DNA of 20,000 nt, from IMG/VR virus record IMGVR_UViG_3300026488_000245; one strand, given 5' to 3'. Under the pieces are notes generated by a model that searched no databases, was not told the DNA's origin, and saw only the letters and a program-made list of their open reading frames with translations. This DNA is from an uncultured virus (IMG/VR IMGVR_UViG_3300026488_000245). Its lineage: Duplodnaviria > Heunggongvirae > Uroviricota > Caudoviricetes. The first letter of the stretch is position 1; each line of letters starts with the position of its first letter. Made by a program: the position numbers and the translations under genes. Of this stretch, positions 11,747 through 20,000 are shown piece by piece.

Positions 11747-12037
11747 ATGAAAATTTATAAAAAGAAAAAAAAAGAAATTATAGAAAAAGATTTAAATACT
11801 TGAAAAACAAAAGTTTATTATAAAGAAGAAAAAAAATTAATTTGAATAAAGTGTGATTTTTGTTGAAGATTTTTTAAATGAAATTTTTGAAATCCAGTTA
11901 CTTCATTTAACATAGAGTTTTGATTTTGAAGTGAATTTGATTTAGAAGTATAGCATATAGATATTTGTGATGATTGTGCTAGAAAAATACTTTTAAAAAA
12001 TTGAAAAACTATAAAAAGAAAAAGAAAAATGTTTTAA
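11747..12037 (+). CDS. Small zinc-binding protein with two CxxC motifs (96 aa)
   Basis: KCDFCG...IEFGFGSEFDLEV[TAG]HIDICDDC. TAG at 11951. Ends in TAA. Confidence 0.8.
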
Positions 12038-12074
12038 ATAATAAAAATAATTTATTTTCTTTTAATTTTAATGT

Positions 12075-13259
12075 ATGCTTGTCTATCCTTTTGAAAATGA
12101 AAAAGTCGATAATTAGATAAAACAAATTAAATTAAATATAAATTTACTTGGTAATTATGCTTTAATAAATATTTTTCATTTAAATAAAATATTTTTTAAA
12201 CAATTTTTTCTAAATAAAAATAATTTTTTAAATTGATTAAATTTAGAATTTGAAATAGAATGAGAAAAACATAATGTAATTATTAAAACAGAAGAAATAA
12301 TTAATCTCTATAATGAATTAAAAAAATGATTTATCATACAAACTATAAAAAAAAATGACTTTATTATAGAAATCATTTTTTGAATTCCTTAGTTACTAAA
12401 TTCAGACAAAATTTCTAAATTTTTAAATTGAAATTTATGAATAAACAATTTAAAAATAAACAATTCAATGATTTTTTATAAAAAAAATTGAGAAATAAAA
12501 TTAATTCAAAATTGAATTTATGAAGATAATTTTAGTGAAATAAATTAGTGAATATACCATAGTTATTTAGAAGATAATGAAAATTCTATTTTATTTTCTG
12601 ATTTAAATAAAATAAAGCAAAATTACAGTATTGAAATAAAAAAAATGTTTAATTTTCTTTTTTTTGATTTTTTGTTTTCTAGTATCATAGAAGAAATATG
12701 AACAACTATTTCTGACGATAATAAAGCAATATATAAATTTTTTCAAAGAATAATAAAAGAAAATACCAAACAAAATATTTTTGTAAAAATTATGTCAATA
12801 GAAAATTAGTATAAATTTAATATTTTATTTTTTAAAACATATAAAGATTTATTTAAAAAAATTAATTTGAAGAAAAATAAATATATAAAATCTATATATT
12901 ATTTTGATTTAAAAAATTTTATTGATAAATAGATAACAAAAAATAAACAAGAATTTTTATTTAATTTTTATAAAGATTTATTAAAAAAAAATTTAAAAGA
13001 TTTTAATCAAATAAATTTATTGTTTTTAGAAACTTATGAAAATGACATTTATATAATTTCATTACAAAAAATCTTTATTTATATATATAATTATATATTA
13101 AATTCAAAAATATCTTGATGAGTTCTTACAACACCTATTGAATTTGATGAAAAAGACTTTGCTAAAAAAATTAATGAAAAAAGTTTTAATATTCTTTCTA
13201 AAGAATTAAAAATATATTTTAATTTAGATAATATTAGTGTTATTTATAAATTTAATTAA
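12075..13259 (+). CDS. Hypothetical protein (394 aa)
   Basis: TAA-free frame with 5 in-frame TAG (e.g. GIP[TAG]LL, IN[TAG]GIY). No recognisable motif. Confidence 0.75.
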
Positions 13260-13267
13260 TTAGAATT

Positions 13268-13588
13268 ATGGATGATTTTAATAAAGAATTAATAAAAACT
13301 TATAAAAAGCAAAGTTGAAAAGAATGAGTATTTACACATTATTAGAAAAAAAATAAAAAGAAAATATGATTATATCTTTCATTTTGAATGATTTTTAATT
13401 TTATTGTTTCTTGAATTATTACTTATATTATATATAAAATTGTAACGGAAAATATGGATAATGTACGGGTATTTACAATATAGTAGCTACTATTTTTTAA
13501 TAATTTTTATTTATTTTGGTTTATTTATTTATTTCGGAAAGAAGCAAATAGAATTGATAATTTACACAATAAAAAGAATAAAAAATAA
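13268..13588 (+). CDS. Small two-TM membrane protein (106 aa)
   Basis: Two hydrophobic segments. Contains TAG x3, TGG x1 and CGG x2. The stop overlaps the next start (TAATG). Confidence 0.75.
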
Positions 13589-15366
13589 TGGATAAAACGT
13601 TACTTAATTATAAAAAGAAAATTATATGAAAAAAATTTTTATTCGTATTAATATGAATTTTCTTTATTTAGTAGTTAATTATTTTTTGAACAAATAAATT
13701 ATTAAATTTTTTATTTAATCAAAGAATTGACGTTTATCTAAATGAAAATAAATTTATTACTAATGAAACTGTTAAACAATTCGATATTGATATATGATAT
13801 AAAAGCACAATATTGAAATCGTTATTAGATTAGTGATATATTCTAAAAATATCTGATTTAATTAGCGTTTATTCTAATTGATATAAAGAAAAAGAATTAT
13901 GATGATTATTAAAATTTAAAAATAAAAATATAAAGCAATATTATTTTATTAATAAAAAGAATTTTGAAAAAACATATTTTCTTGATAATCAAAACGAATT
14001 GAGATATATATAGGAAGAGTTTAATTTAATTAATGAAAAATGAAATATAAATTATTTTCTTTCTAATTAGTATTGATTTGATGAAAAAAAATTAATAGAT
14101 AAAAAATATATAGATGAGTATTTTATGAACTTATTTGATAAATTAATTATATGATTTCCTGTTTTTTATTAGATAAAACCTAATTATATTAATATAAGTT
14201 GACTTAATATAATTGACGAATATAATAATATATGAACATGAAATTCTTCTTTAATCGCTATAAGAGATTTCATTTTTTTTAATGATAATTCAACATTAAT
14301 ACTATGCTGAAAATATGAAAAAAATAAAAATAATAATTTATACTATATAAAAAAATTGGATGTTTATAATTCAAAAATAAACAATAATTCTTTTTATTGC
14401 AATAAAAAAGAATATAATTTTCAGTTAATTTTTCCTAAATTTATATTAAAACAAGATAATCAAAATAAAGAAGAAATTAAATATGAATTAAACAAAGAAT
14501 TTAAAAAGTTTGTTAAAAATTTTTTTGATTTGAAATTATGATATGATTTTTGATTTATAATAAAAAAATCAAATATATGATTATACTGAAAAGTAATAAA
14601 TAATATTTATGAATGATTAAAATAGACTAAATTTTGAAATTATATTTAGTGAAATTCTATAAATGAAAGAAAAGCAATCTTAGATTATTTTTGAATTATT
14701 GAAGAACCTGAATTTGTTAAATTAAATTTTGAATTAACATGAAAAGAAAACTTAAAAGAAATAAATTGAAATTATATTTTATTTTTAGACAAAACAGATG
14801 AAAATATCAAAAATGAAATTAAAGATAAAATTGAACAATATTTGATTTTTATACTTTTTAATAAACATAAAAATGAATAGATTCAAGATTATATAAAAAT
14901 TTATAATTATAGAAAAAATTTTTTAGAGAAAAATAATGAAAAATGAATATGAAATGTTATTGAAAATTTTAATGAAAACATTAATGAAAATAACGAGTTA
15001 ATAAAAAAAATATTTCAATGATGAAATAAAATATTTTATACTAAATTAAATACAAAAGTAATATCTGATGAATGAACCTCTATTTGAATATTAATAAAAT
15101 ATTTTTATGTAGATGATAAATGAAAAATTAAAGATAAAATACAATTCTAGTATAACAAAGATATAAATTTATATATAGATAAGATTCCAGAATAGAAAAT
15201 AAATCTCTATTCTATTGGCTGTTTATAGGTTTCATTTATTTTATTTAACTTTTTTCTTGTTATATGATATAAAATTTTAGTATTATTTTTTGTTTTAAGT
15301 ATTTTAGTATTTATAGTTTCTATGCATAGAATAAAAGAAGATATTTTAAGTGAAGATAAACAATAA
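13588..15366 (+). CDS. Hypothetical membrane-anchored protein (592 aa) with N-terminal TM and C-terminal TM segments
   Basis: Coupled to the upstream gene by TAATG. FLFVLIGIFFI[TAG][TAG]LIIFG at the N-terminus and a hydrophobic C-terminus. About 12 in-frame TAG and no TGG seen. Confidence 0.8.
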
Positions 15367-15533
15367 ATAAAAACTTATTGTTTTATCTTTATTTATAATT
15401 GAATTACTAGCATATAAAAACACTTTATTAAAAATCGTATAATAACACATTTATGTTTTATATTAATATTTTTTTACTTTTTTAAAAAAATATATATTAT
15501 TTATAAACCTTTTTACAAAATAAAAATAAAAAA

Positions 15534-16622
15534 ATGAAAAAATATTTTCTCTTCCTTTTATTTATATTTTTGTTAAACTTTTGATTTTGATATTATAATA
15601 AGATTATTTTTACTAAAATTTATGAACCAGAAAAAGAAGATTGCCAGCAAATTATAGATTTACTTAACAATAAAAGAAAATTTATATTTTATAATGTTAA
15701 GAATTTTAAAAAAGCAAAAGAGAAAATTAATTTTTGTTTAAATTGGCAAATATCTGAAAGAGAAAAGAAAATAGCTAAAGCAAAGATGATTTTAATAACA
15801 GATAAAAAAAAATTAGAAAGAATTAAAAAATATTATTTTAAAAAATGAATAAAATTATATATTTTATCTGATAAAAAATGGTATGAATTAAAGAAATTAA
15901 TATATCTTTATAATCTTTTATATAATGAAAATCTAAAAGAAATAATTAAAGACCAATATATAATTTCAAAATTTCAACATTCAATGTTAATAAAAACAGC
16001 AAAATTATATAACAAATTTATTGATATTTATGTGAAAAAAAGAAATTATTTTTTCATAAAAAATAAAATTAAGCAAAATCCTTTAGAATGACGAAAAAAA
16101 TATAGATATAATTTTAAAAAATTAATTGAGTCTGATTGAACAAAATGTACAGTATATGTTTTGGCTGAAATGTTGTGTTTTTTTGACACTTTTATTTCTA
16201 ATATTGAATTTTTAAAATGAGAAAGTAAAAAAATTGATATTAAATGTAATGCAAAAAATGATTATTATGAAGTTTTTAAAGAAGCAGACGAATACAAAAA
16301 ACAAATTGATTTAAAAAGAAAAATAGTTTGATTAACAGCATATGATGAAGTTAGTTATTTATATAGATTTTGATTTTATAATATATATTTAAATAAAACT
16401 TTATATATTAGATTAATTAATAAAAAAATAAACTTTGTTAATTGAATATCTTTAAATTTAAAATTATGACATGCATGAATGTCATTATGTAAAATTTTTG
16501 GTAAATGCTATATGTATTGGCCAGATATTTGAAAATATGAAAAATTGAAAAAAAGAAGAAAATTTTTATGAAAAACTGTAAATATTAAAAATGATTTTAC
16601 AGTATTTTTAAAAACTAATTAA
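15534..16622 (+). CDS. Secreted hypothetical protein (362 aa)
   Basis: Signal peptide MKKYFLFLLFIFLLNFGFG. TAA-free frame with several Cys. Trp is encoded by TGG (15744, 15879, 16518) and there is no in-frame TAG. Confidence 0.8.
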
Positions 16623-16677
16623 TTTCTATATAAAAATTCTATATTATAAAATATATTTATATATTTAAAAATAAAAA

Positions 16678-16985
16678 ATGAGAGCATTTAAAGCAATGGT
16701 TTTATTTTATTTTACATTATGATTATTAGCTACTATTGCTAGAACGTTAGTTAATAAAAATTGAAAAAATAAAAAAATAGAATCGAAAGAAAAAAAAGAA
16801 AAAACAAAAAAAATATTTAATACATCAATTATTAATTTTTTAATTTCATCCTTAGCATTTAGTATATTTTAGGTTTAAAGAAGTTTCGTAAAAAGAAAAA
16901 AAATTCAGAATGAAAGAAGTCATTTAAAAATAATATATTAGATTTTGTAAAAAGAGATGCTGAATTAAAAAAAATTAAAAAGTAA
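16678..16985 (+). CDS. Small two-TM basic protein, apparently frameshifted near 16867-16870
   Basis: The ATG 16678 frame stops at TAA 16876-16878 (66 aa). The -1 frame continues LGLKKFRKKKKNSEGKKSF...KKIKK to TAA 16983-16985, just before the terminator. Confidence 0.5.
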
Positions 16986-17006
16986 TTTTTAAAATTAAAA
17001 CATTTT

Positions 17007-17032
17007 AAAAACCGCTTTTTAGCGGTTTTTTT
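17007..17032 (+). terminator. Intrinsic (Rho-independent) terminator, potentially bidirectional
   Basis: AAAAACCGCT-TTTT-AGCGGTTTTT(TT): perfect 10-bp stem with a GC core and flanking A and T tracts, about 20 nt after TAA 16985. Confidence 0.85.
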
Positions 17033-17111
17033 ATTTTATAATACATATAAAAATACATTTTTTATTTTAAATTATAAAATAAAATTTTATTTATCTATTT
17101 GTTTTTAAAAA

Positions 17112-20000
17112 ATGTAGAAAAATTTTCTAAAAATAGATATTAATTTATTGAAAAAATATTTTAATTTAAACGAATTAAATGAAATATACAATTTCTTAGA
17201 AAAAAAAAATGAACCTTTATATCTGCTTAACTTTTTAATTTATATTGATTCATATAAAAAATTAAAGGAATAGAATGAAAAATATTCAGAAAAATATAAT
17301 ACCTTTTTATAGAGATTATGAATAGATTGAACTGATACTTTTAAAAATGCTTTTTTTCGTTATGATGACATTAATAAATATATATGAATATTAATATGAC
17401 ATTATAATAATGATATTTTATGATTACCAAAAAATATATATAAACAAATTTTTTCTTGATGATTTTCTTTTTCTCAAAATATAAAATGAGAAATTTATAT
17501 TTCTTGATTTGACAAAAATATAGAAGAAGAATTATCTAAAACTTTTTTCTACATAAAAAATTTTTTTATGAATAATAAACATATTCATAAAAGCAAAGTA
17601 AAAATAAAATTAAAAGAAGAAAATAAATATTTATTTTTATTTGATTGAATGTATGATTTTTGAAACTATTTATATTTTGCTGAAAAAAAATAGAAAGTAA
17701 AATTTACAGAAAAATATAAAAATAGTTTTTCAGATTCTTTAGAAAAAGAAATTAATTCATATATTTTATGAAATTTATTAGTTGGGCATATATTATTATG
17801 AAAACTACATTGAAAAAATATCTATCCTAATATATTTAATATCTCTTTAGAATGAGATAAAGTTAATTTAATTAATAATTTTTTATTTTTATGATTTGAT
17901 AGTTATTTCTTGTATTTATGAGAGATACTAAAACATTTTACTTATAATAAATACTTTACATTTTTATGAGAAAGAAAAATAGAAAATTTTTATTTTATAT
18001 TTGAAAATGAAATAAAAAAATTTTTAATGAAAATAAATAATGATGAAAGTATTGAAAATGAAAGTATAAATACAGAAAATATAAATTTTTATTTAGATTC
18101 GAATATTTATTTGTTCAATCATATATTAGAAAATAATGAAATATTTAAATCAGACGAAATAAAAACATTATTATTGTTTCTATATATTGAATTATTAAAT
18201 TGAAAATCTTTAGAAAAAATATATGAAAAATATATATATAAAATATATTCTTCAGAAGAAATTCAAAAATTATTTAAAATAAATAAAAAAGAAACTGAAT
18301 TAATTAATTTAATATTTATTTTAATTTATTTATTCAAAAAATGAAAAATTTCTTCTTGATGATTATTTAATGATTTTATTAAAAAATTTAAAAAAATTAT
18401 TTGAAAAAATGAAGAGAAAGAAAAAGAAGAAAATAATAATTTAATAGAAAAATTCATTAAACAAATTTCAATAATAGAATATATTAATTTAAATAAATAT
18501 TTTAAAAAATTAAAAGAATTAAATAAAGTCGCAAATAAACTTGATTCTTTTGAATCTAACATTATAAATAATTTTTATAAATTATATAAAGAAAATAAAA
18601 ATAAATTTAAAAAAATCGTAGATTTTATTGAAATTACTTACTGATTATTTTATTCACATTTAATATGAATTATACAAAACGAAGAAAAAGATAAAAAAAT
18701 TTTTAAAGAAGAAAAAATAAATAATTTATTTAATAATTTGAAAATAAATAAGATAGTATGAATAAATATCAATGATTACAAAATATTAACTGAAATTGAA
18801 GAAAAAATATATGAAAATAATTTAGAAACTTTTCTTTTAAATGCAGAAAATCATTTAAACAAAGATATATATTTATTACAGAAAATCAGATTATGATTAC
18901 TTAATGAATGATATTTAACCGAACTGATAAAAAAATATTTATTAAAACTTTTTGAATACAGAAAATTTATAAAGGAATAGGACTGATTTACATTATATGA
19001 AAGAATAAAGTATTCTATTAGTTATATTATTTATATGCTTATTTTGATAAGTTTAAATAAATACGATGAATTAAAAAAATTCAATTATATAAATGAAGAG
19101 TAGAAAGAAGAAAATATTTATAATTTATTTATAAGCAATTGAAATGTATGAACTAAATGAAATATTACTTTATTTAAAGACATAACTGAATTGATTAAAG
19201 ATTTAATGAAAGAAAAAAAATATATGAATACTGTTTTATCATTAATAAAAAAATTATTATACAATAAAATAGAATTTGAAAAGATAGATAGTAAAAAAAA
19301 CAATAATAAAGATATTAGTAATTATAATATTTTTTTAAAGAAACTATTAATTATAGAAAAACTTTTATATGATGAAAATATAACAGAAGAAAAATTTAAA
19401 AATTATATCGAAAAAAATATAACATATGAAAAAAAATATAAATTAAAAATTAAAGATAAAGATAATTTTAAAAAGAATATTTTTAGTGAAAACTTAATAT
19501 ATAAAATAATTGCTTTAGAGAATCATGATTGTACATTTAAATATATATCTTGAACTAAAGATTTAAATAAATGAATAAAAGATATTAAAAGATTAAATAG
19601 TGTAAAATTATATTCTGATTCTAATATTAACGATGAGTCAATAATGAATAAAATAATTAATAAACAAATTGATAAAATTATAATCCAAAATCTAAATAAC
19701 AATTTTATAAATAATAATTCATTTGATAGTAAAACATTTTATTTATCATATTTATATTATAACGAAAATGATACAAATAAATTTAAAAAAATAATTATTT
19801 CAAAAATAAAAAAGTACAATATACTTTATTCAGAGTCTCATTTAGAAAATTTTTTCAATTAGATAAAAAAAATAAGTTATATCTGAAAAATTATAAATTG
19901 AATGTATATAAATAGCTATTTTATTGAATGAAATCAATTTCTAAATGAATTTATTAAAAATTTTAAAATATTAAAATATGATGAAAGAGTTTTTGATTAG
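17112..20000 (+). CDS. Very large hypothetical protein (at least 963 aa), probably truncated at the right edge
   Basis: ATG 17112 followed directly by TAG (M[TAG]KNFLKID). No TAA in frame to the window end. About 8 in-frame TAG and no TGG seen. Includes track ORFs 19191-19553 and 19644-19862. N/K/I/E-rich with no recognisable motif. Confidence 0.8.

Noticed and set aside
18326..19303. Track ORFs 18326-18562 and 19118-19303 on the - strand
   Set aside because: Antisense shadows of the large + strand CDS starting at 17112.
14356..19862. Track ORFs 14356-14541, 19191-19553 and 19644-19862 as independent genes
   Set aside because: They are in-frame internal fragments of the 13588-15366 and 17112-20000 CDSs, cut at TGA or TAG.
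1..20000. Mass pseudogenisation or non-coding DNA, as the sparse ORF track suggests
   Set aside because: Frames stay free of TAA for hundreds of codons in DNA where TAA is very common off-frame, catalytic motifs are intact, and genes tile with short gaps. Decay would produce TAA stops and frameshifts too.

Overview
Extremely AT-rich (roughly 15% GC by eye), gene-dense prokaryotic DNA that looks ORF-poor only because the supplied ORF track uses the standard code. Translating by hand with TAA as the only stop gives about 16 tightly packed CDSs covering nearly the whole window. These include galE, a secreted SNase-type thermonuclease with a C-terminal Excalibur domain, a YdjM-like membrane hydrolase, an expanded RecJ, a probable secreted lysozyme-like protein, a small CxxC zinc-binding protein and several large orphan or membrane proteins. 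TGA clearly encodes Gly (table 25, as in Gracilibacteria/Absconditabacteria). The main finding is that TAG is also a sense codon, apparently for Trp. About 65 in-frame TAGs (hand count) lie inside otherwise intact genes, several at positions where homologues have Trp. TGG is nearly absent (about 6) and every complete gene ends in TAA. This suggests a double stop-codon reassignment (TGA=Gly, TAG=Trp, TAA the only stop), possibly with CGA/CGG=Trp as well, a combination I do not know from any numbered translation table. No RNA genes, CRISPR arrays or mobile-element hallmarks were seen.
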